Assembly (NCBI GenBank): GCA_000091205.1
Contig: AP006493.2
From: Cyanidioschyzon merolae
Lineage: Eukaryota
Reading direction: 5' to 3' (one strand)
Length of the DNA: 64,000 nt
The notes under the pieces are model-generated. The model was not told the origin of the DNA and ran no database searches. It saw only the letters and a program-made list of their open reading frames with translations. Shown piece after piece: positions 35,542 to 47,225 of the stretch; position 1 is the first letter of the stretch, and the number at the start of each line of letters is the position of its first letter. Position numbers and translations under genes: made by a program.

Positions 35542-36786
35542 TCAGCTCTCCTGGGTAGCAGACGAAACCGGCGAGACGCTGGTCGATGACGCGATCGCCT
35601 GGAGGTACGGTGGTATCCACCAGGCAAAGTACCAGTTCGCGATGCTGGCTGGACTTCGACCAGAGACCCGCAGCAAGCGCTGTGTTCCCGGAACGGCTGC
35701 ATGGAGGTCGGTGTCCGCTAACGGCACCAGTGCTGTTGCCAGGTTTGCGATAATCGTCCCGAGAGTGGCCACGCTCCGCTTCTGGGTTGCTGCTGATGCA
35801 ACCGGTTCAAGTTGCGGCCGCTCGACGGTATCGCTTTCGACCCTGAGCAGCTGCTGTTTCAGAGCGGGACCTGGCCATGCGAGCACCTCGCTTGGGAACA
35901 GGAGCGCCAGTTCGGGTGGCAACGTCGCGTCTGGAGGTCGCTGCAAAAAAGCGGCAGCCGCCTCGGCACGCTGTAGGGCGTCGGTTGCATCCGGAGACAG
36001 AATGCCTGCAACGGTGCGTTTGCGAATCACACCCGTGTAATGGGTGCGAGCGGTTAACTCTTGTCCGAGATAGCAGCCCTTGTCGAAAGCGATCGCTCCA
36101 AGCTGTTCAAAGTTACATTCGAGCGGTAACGACTGGCCCGGGACCACGTCCTGAATGCCCTGCGGAATCGCATGGAGCACGCGATGTGCCTCGGCAAGCC
36201 AGTATGAATGATAACAACGCTTGTGTTGGCCAGTTCCAGGCATCGTTGTGCAAGCTGGTGTCGACGACGTTAAGCACTGCCAGCGGCGCATACCCAGCAC
36301 GGGGGAGCGCGGGTCGATCGCATGCATCTCCTCGTGACCGGCAGCGGAAACACGAGTTTCAACCTGTTTCACTGTCCCAGAACGAGTATCCGTGTTTGAA
36401 CCGCTCCCCTGGTGTGCGAAAGCTTCCACATACAGCGTCGCAGGCAGGTGTTCCCATGCAACGCGCGCTCGCATTCGGTGCAACGTCAAGTGGCGGAGTG
36501 CGAGCCCCACGACTCGCCCGTCGATGTCCAAGTACACGCGCTCCGGGCCGTGAATCCATACCAGGGCTTCAAAAAGCATTCTGCCACGTCTATCAAGAAA
36601 GCAAGTGCTCGTACAAACCGGTCCCTGCTCGTTCGCATAGCGTGTCAAGTGCGCGGTGCAGAGACCGTGCAGAAACGGGGTTGTGTCGGGGCCACGGACC
36701 AGGACGAGCGCACGTCGCGGCCTTCGCGGTGTTGCTACCCGAGCGAATAAGTGTCGAATCCGCGGAAACCCCTCATTCGATTGCAT
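35542..36786 (-). CDS. IBA57: IBA57/YgfZ (CAF17) family folate-binding Fe-S cluster assembly factor
   Basis: GCV_T-like N-terminus ALVLVRGPDTTPFLHGLCTAHL, and the family signature FDKGCYLGQELTART (K-G-C-Y-x-G-Q-E). Confidence 0.7.
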   Translation of the reverse strand: MQSNEGFPRIRHLFARVATPRRPRRALVLVRGPDTTPFLHGLCTAHLTRYANEQGPVCTSTCFLDRRGRMLFEALVWIHGPERVYLDIDGRVVGLALRHLTLHRMRARVAWEHLPATLYVEAFAHQGSGSNTDTRSGTVKQVETRVSAAGHEEMHAIDPRSPVLGMRRWQCLTSSTPACTTMPGTGQHKRCYHSYWLAEAHRVLHAIPQGIQDVVPGQSLPLECNFEQLGAIAFDKGCYLGQELTARTHYTGVIRKRTVAGILSPDATDALQRAEAAAAFLQRPPDATLPPELALLFPSEVLAWPGPALKQQLLRVESDTVERPQLEPVASAATQKRSVATLGTIIANLATALVPLADTDLHAAVPGTQRLLRVSGRSPASIANWYFAWWIPPYLQAIASSTSVSPVSSATQES

Positions 36787-39289
36787 CGCACGAGTGTCAG
36801 ATCCAGTAGCTGCTTGCGTCGAGCGCTACCCAGCACGTTTGCAATAGACGCTGTTGTCGAGCGTTCGACAGCGTCGCCGCGGCTCGACGCTGCTGCAAGA
36901 CTCGAAGGACTCGCTTACCCAGAGCAGTGAACACTGAACCCCTGTGTACCAGCACAGTCTTTTGGTTCTCCTTCGTTGTTCTCGCAGGTACTCAATAACA
37001 GTTATGGGTTGCGTACCTGGGAGAGACCGGCCGCGCGATGCGTTTTTGACGACAATGCTGGCATGCGAGCATGCAGCTGGACTTGTTGTACGGTCAGCAG
37101 GAGGATACATGACCCTGTGTTTCGTCCTTATCCTGAACGTGGTGCACTGTCAGTGGAACTTGTAAATTCTCTATGTACTTGACTGTCTCATCGTCAATCC
37201 ATTCTGCTCGATACGGTCTCTGAGAAATTCGAAGAAAGCAGCCATAGGATATGAAGTTTCCGTACCTTTCATCTGAGCTGTGATGAAGCGACACAACTAG
37301 CCAAAGAAACAAATGCGATTCTATAGGAACATGTCGCTCGTTGAATAACGGATAATTGATGTCGTACTGAAACAGCAACGCTGATTCCAGTGGGTATGGA
37401 TGCTCGTCGCACCCGATGAGACTTTCTTCAGGAAATATGGTAGGGATGGATACGCGCTCCCAAACAAGAGCAAAACGCTGTCCTCAGAGAAGAGCACAGT
37501 GTGCATTCCGACCACACCAGTATCAGCCGCGATGCAATCGTGTCGTCACTTAGAAATCCCGAAACGAACAGGATCGCTCAAAAGCTCATCCTTCATCGAC
37601 GCAGGTCGTGACTTCTGTTTCCGTTCCTCTTGCCTTCTCTTCGTCGGAATCGCTTTTCTTCGCTCATTAGCGGTCAAAGAGTAGGCAGCCTCGAGAGGCG
37701 TCACTTTGCTCGTTGCCCCAGCATATTCCGTCCAGTTTAATCCCGTCGGAGGTGTCTTCGCTATTGTTAGATGCCACGGCTACGCTTGCGTACGCAATAG
37801 ATGACTCGTGCGCATACGTGAAAACGTCCGTCAACCAATGGTTCTCCAGCTTCACCAGCAGCGAAATACTGTGCTGCAGTCCGGCGTTTGCGTCGGAGCG
37901 AGGCGAAAGACCGCGCTCCTTTCTATGGGCGTGCTCGCGACACAAAAGGTGAACGAAGAGGAACTCGTGGCTTAGTCGACACGTACGTACTCTACGAAGG
38001 CGGACTTTTTTCCTACTGATTATCCAGTGCGTCTGAGTCGCGAGGCAGCAAATGGATACAGAGTACAGCGCTCGCATCCACGTCATCCCGCCATGTGAAT
38101 GTGAGCTGAAACAGCACCGGACGAAGTTGAGGCGATCCTCCCGAAAATGGGATGAGAAAGGACGGCAAGGGAAAACATTCGGAGCGGAAGCAACAATCTC
38201 ATACATTTATCCAGGCCACTTTATAAGAACACATCAACATGGAGAATCTTCCACAAAGTGTGGTTCAGGACGCCATCACGCATCGTGTAGCCTGTTGCTC
38301 CAGGAACGCTCGCACAGCTTCTCCAGTCTTGACGTATCTCGTCATGCAACTGTTTGGACGAGCTCCGGTCGCAGGGATGCCAGGTGTCAACATTCCTCTG
38401 GAATTTCTCGTTCAAATCTTCATACGAAAACTGATACTGGGCACAGAGGATGCAAAACGACCAGATCGTAGGATCAGGGATTCGTATAGATTCACTTACC
38501 AGAATACCTCGACGTTTCGCCGTGTCATCTCAGCAACTGAAATATGGTACACAGTTCAGGTGCCCAGAAGTATCAACCCAATCTCAAGGATCAAAACGAC
38601 ATGCGAGTCAATGTAGTGCGCTTCATGAAACGCACAATGCAGCGATGGTTTCCGTCGTACCCTCATTACATTCACCCAGAAAAGTCGGGACAAACCGAAG
38701 GCGCTGTCCAGCGGTGTGATAGAAGCAAATAGCAGACTGGTGATGGCGGAAGCGATCGATATGGTAGGGAAAGTCGCTTGAGATCGTCCAAGCTCATGGT
38801 GTCACCTCTGACTGCGAGTCGGCGAAGGTTGCCTCTAAATAACGAATGAAACGTGATGCCTCTCTTCCGTGCATCTCTCGCTACAACTCTTTTCTGGACG
38901 GAGCCCGCGAACCCGAAGCGAATTCCCTACCCCAAGTCGGGCGCTCTGGACTCCTCAGACACCTATACGACGTGATGCGCATGCCCTACATCATGAGGCA
39001 TCACATCACTGCAGACACTTTTGTGGAATACTGTACGATCTTTATTGTGAGCTGCGGCTGATCTAAGCATGAAACTAGGAAGCACTCACAAAAAGTTCGC
39101 ATGGAGCATAAGCGATACGATTTCAGTGTTTCTCGTTTCCAGGCACGATGCGGAAAAAGGTTTCCGGACAAGATGAAGCGCTGCGCACTAGCCATTTTCA
39201 TTCACTTTTCTGAAACTCGAGCCTGACCCCAGCAACAGAACTCGCTTTCAACCGATCCGGGGAGAGGAAGAGAAAGAATTCGTGGTAGG

Positions 39290-39425
39290 TATAGATCCGG
39301 GGGTTTCGGGTGGTCGTACGCGTTGCCCCAGGCCCGACATCACAGGCACGGCGCCAAAGACCTGAACAGAAAACAGATGAACCCCCTCAACTTTTCCAGG
39401 GCTCGGTATCATCCCACATCGGGCG
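39290..39425 (-). repeat. Short dispersed repeat, copy 2 (inverted relative to 16440..16580)
   Basis: The reverse complement of 39345..39402 aligns to 16455..16512 at about 85% identity. Similarity in the flanking sequence is weaker, about 65%. Confidence 0.6.
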
Positions 39426-40640
39426 TGACAGACGCCAATTTGCATACGTTCAAGTGGAATGACGGTGTCGGGAACCGTCTCGATGTTCTGCGCCCCGTAC
39501 CGATCGGAAGCAGATGTTATGTGCGCTTTCTTCGGAGCGTCGATGATCGTCCCAGAGGCTCACACGGACGCTCTCTGGCAGGAGCACATGAAACGCGCGG
39601 GGATCGTCGCCTGTTTCTGTCGCATGAATGCAAGCAGCCTGCAATCTCTAACTTGTCCAATGCATTGGAAAAAGGAAATGCCCCATAACTCGCGTCGGTT
39701 GATAGAAGCTTCCAGCGCTGGACTTGCTGGAATGTGCAGGGATTCCACACCCGATCCCTTGACGAGAGCGCAGAACAAGTGCAGGAATTGATGCTGCTCG
39801 ACTCCCATCGTTCGATTCATTGGGATGTATACGCAACACGGGCACAGCTGCAAAATGAAGCAGCATAGGAGAGCGCAAACAGATCTGGATGCTTCAAATG
39901 GCATCCGATAAGCTGATCGAGTCTCAGCTGGCGAGGCGGTAGACGGCAAGCCGCTCGCTACAGTATGCTTGGACGAGCAAGTGTCCACCCGAGCACTTTC
40001 CGCACCGGGCATTGAACACCTCGATCAACACCAGGACGTGTCTTGCTCGTCTGTAATGTGAACGGGTTTGTGCTGAACTGCACTCCAAGGTAATCAATTT
40101 TATCTCTCTATGCACGTATTGTGCGGAGACGCTACTGACTTTCGATTCAAAAATCAGTGCCATGCGAGAAAGAGCACTGGGTTCTCGTTTCGAGCACGCC
40201 ACCGGTACGGCACATTCCAGGATTTCAGCAAGCCTGGAACGCTGCACGCAAAAATGACGTGAACGATTTTGCCCGGTAATTGGAGAACAAAAATGGTGTT
40301 CCACCATTCGATATTACAAAGCATACTGGTGCAGTGGGTTGCGCTATCGATGCACCCTTTCGATGATGAGTGGGTTCCAGCGGGTCAGTTCGTCCGCGAT
40401 GCCGCCACGTAGCGCTCCTATGCAAGGGGTGCGAATGCTCCTGCGTACCCGCGGGCGCCAGATGACGGGCAGACAGGCAAAGTGACCGACCGATTGTCCG
40501 TCCGTCCCGCTGAATGGCTGAACGCGTGACTGTCCGTCCATCTGCCTGTTTGTCTTTTTCATGTTAGGATTGATAGCGCCAGCATCGGGGCGGCAACGTT
40601 GAGGTTTCGGGATCATCATGCACACACAGGGTGATAAACT

Positions 40641-41500
40641 TTACGCAGCCCCACTCTGGAGCGCTTTCATGCCAGCAGCCTCGGATATCTGCTCGTACGT
40701 CGGTACACCATACATCTCTCCGTACAGAACCACGGTCGGGCGTGAGCGCAACATCCTCGTTGCTACGCGGAAAATGTCCTTCTCTGTGACTTTTTCGATC
40801 GCAGCGTACAAAGTAGCTGGTTCTATGTACTGGCCCGCGGTGAGAATTTGCCGTCCGAGGTCCTCGCACACCACGGTGTTACTCTCGAGATTCATAAAAA
40901 CTGAAGCTTTGGTTTGATTCTTGGCTCGCACCAGTTCCGCACGCGTGACCTGCCCCATCTTGGCAATCTCTTCACAGATGATTTCCGCCAACTCCGGCAG
41001 GCGGCCAGACTCCGCACTCGCGTGGATCCCAAACAGACCCGAATCGGTATAGCAGTGATTGAAACCAGTGCATGACTGCACCCAGGGATGCCGATTCAGG
41101 ATACCCGTATAAAGTCGCGAGTACATGCCCTTACCAGGTCCGCCAGCTGAAAAGGACCCGCCGCCTCCCAAGAGGGTGTTCAGCACCGCCACCGGAATGA
41201 GGTCGGGATCCGACCACGAGACCGCCTCACAGGCAACGGCGATCTGGGCAAGTCCGTCGCCGTCAAGGCGCGCTTCACCCCCAGTGTAATGCGACGCCAT
41301 ATCCACCACGGCCTTGTCCGCGGGTGGACGTGGCAACCAGCCCAGGGCTCTCTCGGCAACGCGCAGCAGCTGCTCGTGGCCAATACCGACCGCTGCAACC
41401 ACAATATTGCCTGGATTCTGTAATCGCTCGCTGAGAAAACGTTTGACAACTTCTGGAGTCAATTTCTTTCGCCTTTTTTCGTTCATGAAAAGCGGTAGGC
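40641..41500 (-). CDS. MPPA: Mitochondrial processing peptidase alpha subunit (M16 family, non-catalytic), exon 2
   Basis: Contains the alpha-MPP-specific glycine-rich loop GGGGSFSAGGPGKGMYSRLY and the VVAAVGIGHEQLLRVAE M16 C-domain. It begins right after acceptor TATCTAG| (plus 41501-41502) in phase 1. The ORF's apparent start Met at 41486 is internal to the exon. Confidence 0.8.
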
Positions 41501-41871
41501 CTAGATAATGTCAAAAGATTGGTTAGTATCACGTTCTTGTTTCACGTAACGAAATGTGGGTGCGCTCCGACACAGTCAGAGCCTCGCGACCTTCGAAAAG
41601 GGTTCCACTCTGCCTGCTCTAGCGCGCATCCGATGGATTCTCCGTGAGCTGGCCGGCTCGATATCATCGAGCGACCACGAGGCGACACAGCACGTGCCGG
41701 CCGGTGGCAGCCGACTCACGCTTCTCATCCGAGCGAGAAGCAACATCTTATTCTCCGAAGCGGTACCAGCGGTGCAGGTGGCAAATGCGTGAAAGAAACG
41801 CACACCCCACCGCACTCTCTATGCCGAAGTTGCTTCGGTTGCCACCAGCGAAAATAAATTTCACAACTTAC
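41501..41871 (-). other. spliceosomal intron of MPPA (371 nt)
   Basis: Donor CTAG|GTAAGT (minus strand, plus 41871..41866). Branch point TACTAAC about 25 nt upstream of acceptor ...ttttgacattatctAG|GC. Splicing restores ...AYQGNTL-G-LPLFMNEKRRKKLTPEVVKRFL, collinear with alpha-MPP (..LANPLLAPES..). Confidence 0.75.
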
Positions 41872-42670
41872 CTAGTGTGTTGCCCTGATAGGCAGTCGCG
41901 TGGAGCGCTTCCACCAATTGTAATTGCGTGTCCTTGCCCATCGCGTGTTCCTGTTCGTATTCGATCACTTTGAGCGCGTCCTGCAACTCCGCTCGGATGC
42001 CATCATCGAGGGCGGCGGAAACCTCCCCGTACGCCATGAGCTGCGGACGCACTGCCGCCTCACAGACAAGGTTTATGAGCTCAGGAGCGGCGTCTCGTAA
42101 GCACTCCCCAGTAAAAGCAATAGACTCGCGTGCCGCTGCACAGCCAACAGAACCTCCGGTGCGTTCAATATCCTGCGCAAGTCGAAAACGGGAGCGCTCG
42201 AGCGTTGCCGAACGGAACGCCAGTGTCTCTAGTGCGTGCGTACTCCCAGCGGTGAAAAGATCCTCGTACCGAGATCCAGCATTAAAATAAACGCCGAACG
42301 ACGTCACCAGATCGTTTGCCGAGTGCGCCTTGGGCGAGGCGTTCACAGGCGTCACCACCCGCACGCCATTGTCCAGGAACGACACGCGACATCCGCTGGG
42401 TCGTGGAGTTGCTGTGGCGGCCTCGGGTGCCGGCACACCGGCCAGAGGGCTCGACAAAGGTACCTCAAACCCAAACCAGCCTTGCAACTTGCGCCAAACC
42501 CATGGCGGGCGCCCGCTCTCTGCCCCGCTTTCGCTACTCGGGGAGGTCGCTTTGAGCGTGGAGAAGCGGGCCCCGCGCAGACTTGCAGCAATGGAGTTGC
42601 GCAACCGACCCGACGGCCAGGCCGCTTCTGCGATCCCGCGAGATGCAAAGCTTAACATAACCAAGCGCAA
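41872..42670 (-). CDS. MPPA: Mitochondrial processing peptidase alpha subunit, exon 1 (presequence plus M16 N-domain)
   Basis: FLDNGVRVVT...GSRYEDLFTAGSTHALETLAFRSAT. The HxxEH zinc site is degenerate (HALE), as expected for the alpha subunit. About 90 aa of basic, S/R-rich N-terminal presequence precedes the domain. Confidence 0.7.
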
Positions 42671-42869
42671 AGGTTACTACACGCACCCTCGTTCAGCACT
42701 CGAGGGGTACTTGCTTTTCGAACGCGCCGCTTCTGTAACGCGCTACGAACGCGGCTGCTCAAGCGCGGTGTATCGCCCAGTGCGGCGGCATCGAAGGGCG
42801 CCTCAGCGGCGTCATCGGCTACTGGAATGGTGAGCACATCACAGGGTCTCTTTCTTTTAGTCTTTCAAC

Positions 42870-43145
42870 ACAATTACGTTCCACGTCCAGGTGTGTATCA
42901 TTAGCTGCTTTTACCCGGGTTATAGCAGATGCGTTCAAAGTGCGTTCATTGGAAGAAATAAAAAGTCCAAGGGAATGGGACGGGTACATAAGTCGAGGCT
43001 TTTGGAGGCATAGAGTCACGGCTGCTGGACAAAAAAACGAATAAAATCTTGTTGTCGCTTACTTTCTAACAGATACGAGCACGTGACGACGAAAGAGAAG
43101 AAGCAGATGCGAGATAGGTGAGAAAACGTGTACGCGCCCGACGGG
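42870..43145 (+). repeat. Dispersed repeat family B, copy 1 (about 80% identical to 48425..48725)
   Basis: caattacgttccacgtccaggtgtgtatcattagctgcttttacccgggttatagcagatgcgttcaaagtgcgttcattggaagaaataaaaagtc aligns to 48437..48545. Spurious ORFs on the minus strand share ISSNERTLN..A...DTHLD.E.NCV. Copy 1 lies just upstream of the MPPA start, next to a Fanzor-like relic. Confidence 0.65.
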
Positions 43146-43149
43146 ACAA

Positions 43150-43330
43150 TGACGAGACCGCAGTGGCCCGTCGGGCACGAGTTCGATGAACCCCTACAGA
43201 GGCGAGTTCCACCAGAGGCAATAAAAGCATGGCGTTCGTGAAGCGATACTTGAACGCTGCGCTCAGTATGAGACGATATGGTGTGCTGGAGACGATATGC
43301 GCGGAGCTGAACCGTTCTAACTATGCAGGG
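43150..43330 (+). mobile_element. TnpB/Fanzor-like relic, copy 3 (C-terminal fragment only)
   Basis: MAFVKRYLNAALSMRRYGVLET at 43229..43295. Its DNA is about 70-75% identical to the RuvC-III motif regions at 22351 and 31497. The RDxNAA site is mutated to RYLNAA. Confidence 0.35.
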
Positions 43331-43663
43331 GCAGCTTCTGCTACTCGAATTGTACCTGGATGAGCTGAAACCGATACCAGCCGGCCGGGTCAAAAAGGCT
43401 GGCAGGCATCTGTGACTGTGTGTGTATCTAGAAACTCTATGGTCGCCGAACTTTTTCCGTCTTACTTCGAATCATATTACTCGGGCGTTAACGACTCCCG
43501 GAGAACCCGGGACGCTGCAGTATCCGATCGTCTACCTGTATGTCTATGACTCTATCCGAGATTGAGAGTGCGGGTAGGAGCTGAGGTCTACCCCGACGGT
43601 TATTGGCAGCACTCGTGTGTCGGGCGAACTCTGTACCGAGTCGTCGCTCACATGCCATGGGTG

Positions 43664-43690
43664 TGTGTGTGTGTGGGTGTGTGGAGTGAA
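43664..43690. repeat. (GT)n microsatellite
   Basis: Direct read: gtgtgtgtgtgtgtgggtgtgtgg. Confidence 0.85.
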
Positions 43691-45000
43691 CGCTTTAACA
43701 TTCGGGACGCAGTTGGATCTCATAGCCTGCATTTGTATGTGGGTAGGATCTAAACCAAGTCTTCTCACAGTTTTCCTAGCAGTACTCGTGTTTCGGGCGG
43801 AGTCTAGATCGATTCGTCGCTCATATATCGTAGAGGGGTGCGACGGACGCTTCAGCGCTTGTCTCGCGAACTAGCAGAATACGAAGACCTGGCATGAGTG
43901 GAGAATCTCACCCAATAACGTTGCAAATGCCCACGGTGGCACACACTTACATAGAGTACTTGATAGGATCCCTTTTCCAGTATTTTTTTTTGTATCTTGG
44001 AACAGCAGCTCAAGTTCCATACAGGAGCGGCCTCTTCGTAAAAGCCGCACACGAAACAGCTTGCCCGAGGTCAGATCATGTCATCGGTCCTGCCGAGTTC
44101 ACTTGTGCGATATGTCGGAAAGGTGCTGCTGAGGAGACACTGCGAGCTCTGATCGCGCCCAGGAGAGAAGCGTGAAGGACGCTCTTCGAGGGCAGGCACG
44201 CGGCGACTTGTCAGAGCACTGGTCGATGCGCACTCGCATCAGCCATGCTGGAAGTTTTCTTTTCCGGATAAATTGCGCATAGTATGCAAGCTCGATTCGT
44301 TTCCGTCTATGAAGAGTCTTTCTTCTTCGATGCAAATGTGAGCGCGGCACCGGCAATGCTCAAATTGTCCTCGATCATGCGTACTCAAGGCGGTGTGCCT
44401 GAATTCCTGCTTTTTCGAGTGCATTCGGAGGTCCATCAGCGTTTCGTGTTTGTCGGTACAGACGCATGCCAGAGGTGCAATCGGAGCCGGCGCCGAATCC
44501 GTCGAGAAGCTGCACTTGACGGGCTTGCACTACTGAGTAGCTTTTTGACGCTGCAGCCTCAAGAAATCGATGCTACAGCCCACATACGTCGAGGGCCGCA
44601 TACGCGCTGTATTCTCGACGAGTCCGCGTTAAAAGCGCACACACCTTGGCGTTACGCTCAATAGCTGGTCAGCTGCCTCGCTCTGCGCAGTAGTGTACGT
44701 GAGCGGGGCTCTGGAATGGGCCGCATCTCTGCAACTGAGGCATTCAACACGAAAATGCACCCGTCGGCCGCTGGGGAGCATGACCGGGCGGCTTCAGACC
44801 TCGAATCGATCATTCGATTATCCCCTGAAAGGGTGCTTTCTTTACCCGTAAAGCTGCCTGCTTTCCCTATCCGTTTGGGAGGTTTTTCCCCGAATGCAAG
44901 TACCTCATCCTCAAATGCCACGTGAGAGGCCCAGGTCTCGCGGCATGCCACCGCGGAGTCGCTCGCTGCTGCACATTCTCCGTCGGCCAGGACGCGCCCT

Positions 45001-45618
45001 CTAGCGCTTCTCGAACTCCTGTCGTAAGACTTCGCTCTCCCGAGCCGCCTCGCGCGCCTCTTCCTTCAGCACTTTCGACTCCTTCTCTAATATTTCGTCC
45101 TCCTTCTTTTTATACTCTGGCTCACGTTCCACACGAGGGGTCCGGTACACTTCCTTCTCAGCAGGGTCCGGGTTTTCGTAGAGCTCCTCCTCGTACTTCA
45201 GGCCGCTGACGTACTTGTCGAGCTCCTTCTCGTCATCAATTTTCGGAGCTTCTTCTCCTTTGTCCGTAGGCTTCTCACGTATCTTTGCGATGCTTGGGGA
45301 CGTGCCTGGAATGACCGTCGCGAGCAGGCCTCCCAAAATGATGTGCGCCCCTGCACGGAGTAGCGAACGGCGGTCTGGATCCGGTACCCTAACTTGCATA
45401 CGAATAGGACACTTTGAGCCATTCCAGTGTTTAGGTGCACTCTTCACAATAGCTCCATGACTTACAAACATGATGTTACGTTCTCGCAGATAAAAAACGT
45501 GCAGGTTCCAGGCCCGTGTCCCACGCGAGTCCCCAAGGGTACAAGTGGATCTCGCGACGGCGTGCGCATCGCCCTCGCGCGCTCGCGGATCCACGCGCAG
45601 CGCCTCCGCGAAGGCCAT
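45001..45618 (-). CDS. Hypothetical protein: N-terminal MAF presequence, one TM helix (GAHIILGGLLATVIPG), K/E-rich C-terminal tail
   Basis: ORF with a charged coiled tail (KYVSGLKYEEELYENPDPAEKEVYRTPRVEREPEYKKKEDEILEKESKVLKEEAREAARESEVLRQEFEKR). No confident family assignment. An alternative start is the internal Met at 45399. Confidence 0.4.
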   Translation of the reverse strand: MAFAEALRVDPRAREGDAHAVARSTCTLGDSRGTRAWNLHVFYLRERNIMFVSHGAIVKSAPKHWNGSKCPIRMQVRVPDPDRRSLLRAGAHIILGGLLATVIPGTSPSIAKIREKPTDKGEEAPKIDDEKELDKYVSGLKYEEELYENPDPAEKEVYRTPRVEREPEYKKKEDEILEKESKVLKEEAREAARESEVLRQEFEKR

Positions 45619-45856
45619 GGCCTGCAGCGCACCTCACGGTGTTCGTTGCTCCGTGCGAATTGCGGTGCACGCTTTGCTGGTATGGACTTGAGCCTGCAGA
45701 CACCGTGCACAGCTGACACTCGAACAGAAGGACCAACGGGTGCCCGGTGCGTCGTCTACACGAACGACAGCGCATTGCCTCGCGAGTGTCCGAGCAAATC
45801 GCAGCTTCTGCTTTGCGTGCGCGCTCGATGCATGCACGAACATCGACATCGAGGCC

Positions 45857-46105
45857 GATGAATCTATTGGGACTGTTCGCAGCATTTGCTGATTTGTCTT
45901 AAGGGTACAGGATCGATGAATCTACTGGAAAGGGTAACATCTGTTGCGAATTCGTTTCACGGATACAGAATTCATGGATCAATTGGGCATGCTACCAGCA
46001 TTTGCTCATTTTTTCAAGGATATTGGATTGGTGAATCTACTGGAATCGTTATCATCTGTTGCAGAGTTTTTTCAAGCGTACGATCTATGAATCTACTGGG
46101 AATGC
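45857..46105. repeat. Minisatellite: about 5 tandem copies of a 58-bp unit, each carrying the core (G/A)TGAATCTA(C/T)TGG(G/A)A
   Basis: Core copies at 45857, 45915, 46031 and 46087, with a degenerate copy at 45973. The array lies in the intergenic region between the divergently transcribed 45001..45618(-) gene and the cpcT-like gene (+). Confidence 0.8.
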
Positions 46106-46433
46106 CCCGCGCGATCCCCAGTGGCGTTCTGCACGCGTTTTCGGCACCTCGGGGGCACGCCCCGCTGAGGCGCGCCCTCGCCAGCGATGCCGCCTCGCGC
46201 ACAGGCGTCGGTTGCACCTGGAGCGTGCGAACGCCCCGCCCGCAACACACGGAGCGTGCCGGGTCGAGTGGCGCTGCGAGCGTGTGTCAGCTCTGGTGCA
46301 CAGCCAAGCTCGGTATCTGAAGCTCATTGGACTGCACTGCACGAAAGCGGGCAGCGTGCAAGGCGGTTACTCTCTCAAACGGAGTGGTTCTATCGTATTA
46401 ACCTTGAGGGACTCGGCCTCGACCTGAATTTCC

Positions 46434-47225
46434 ATGGCATTTGTGAACGTTGCAAACACGCGCATCAACAGACTTGATTCGCTGGGGTACAGGCACCGCA
46501 GTTGGTCGCACGCGTTTCCGCAGCGCCGTGCGTGGAGTCGTGCCAGTACACGTCGTGCACAGTGCGAGGCGTCACTGGTTGCTCTGAAACCGTATACGTC
46601 ATACCACCTGGCGCGTTGGTTGGCCAAAGAGTGGGACAACTACGACCAGCACTTGGCAAATCCGCCGTTTTGGGCGCACATCAGGGTGAGTTACCGGCCC
46701 CTACCCTGGGAATTTTTGGAAGGCCACGCCTTTTACGTGGAATCGATTTACACCTATGCACCGAAGCTTCCGTATCGGGCGACTATTATCAAAATCACGC
46801 GAAATAGCGACGGTGCGTTGGAAACGGAGTCCTACAAAGTCGAAGGCGTTGAACAGTTCTACACGGCTGCTTTCGATCGCAGCAAGCTCGCAGAGCTCGT
46901 TCGACAGGCGCATCCCCGGCACACCAATCGATGCGTGAAATTGCCGGAAGCATGCAATGCCGTCTTCGAATGGGTCGAAGCCGAACAGCTGTACCGATGC
47001 AAAACTCGACCTGGATGCAAGTGCATGGTACGACGTGGTGATCGCGACAGCTATCTCGATGCACAAATGACGCTCTCGGAGTCGCGCTGCACGGCACTGG
47101 ATATCGGCCGTTGCCCACAAACGCATGAACAGCTCTGGGGGGCGGTGGCAGGGCCGTTCGATTTTGTGGTGCGAAAGTCGTGGAGCGACGAGGTGCCGCT
47201 GCCACCGGCTGCCATGGACTGGTGA
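46434..47225 (+). CDS. cpcT: CpcT/CpeT-type phycobilin lyase (DUF1001)
   Basis: YHLARWLAKEWDNYDQHLANPPFWAHIRVSYRPLPWEFLEGHAFYVESIYTYAPKLPYRATIIKI matches the CpcT signature (W-L-A-G-x-W/F-x-N..Q...NP..FAHIrV..RPL). The N-terminus MAFVNVANTRINRLDSLGYRHRSWS looks like a plastid transit peptide. Confidence 0.8.
   Translation: MAFVNVANTRINRLDSLGYRHRSWSHAFPQRRAWSRASTRRAQCEASLVALKPYTSYHLARWLAKEWDNYDQHLANPPFWAHIRVSYRPLPWEFLEGHAFYVESIYTYAPKLPYRATIIKITRNSDGALETESYKVEGVEQFYTAAFDRSKLAELVRQAHPRHTNRCVKLPEACNAVFEWVEAEQLYRCKTRPGCKCMVRRGDRDSYLDAQMTLSESRCTALDIGRCPQTHEQLWGAVAGPFDFVVRKSWSDEVPLPPAAMDW

Noticed and set aside
41484-41486. ATG at 41486 as the start codon of a separate 281-aa M16 C-domain protein
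   Set aside because: The in-frame sequence upstream of this Met (..G LPLF M..) continues the alpha-MPP alignment back to a YAG acceptor. The N-terminal half of the same protein lies 370 bp upstream behind a GTAAGT donor.
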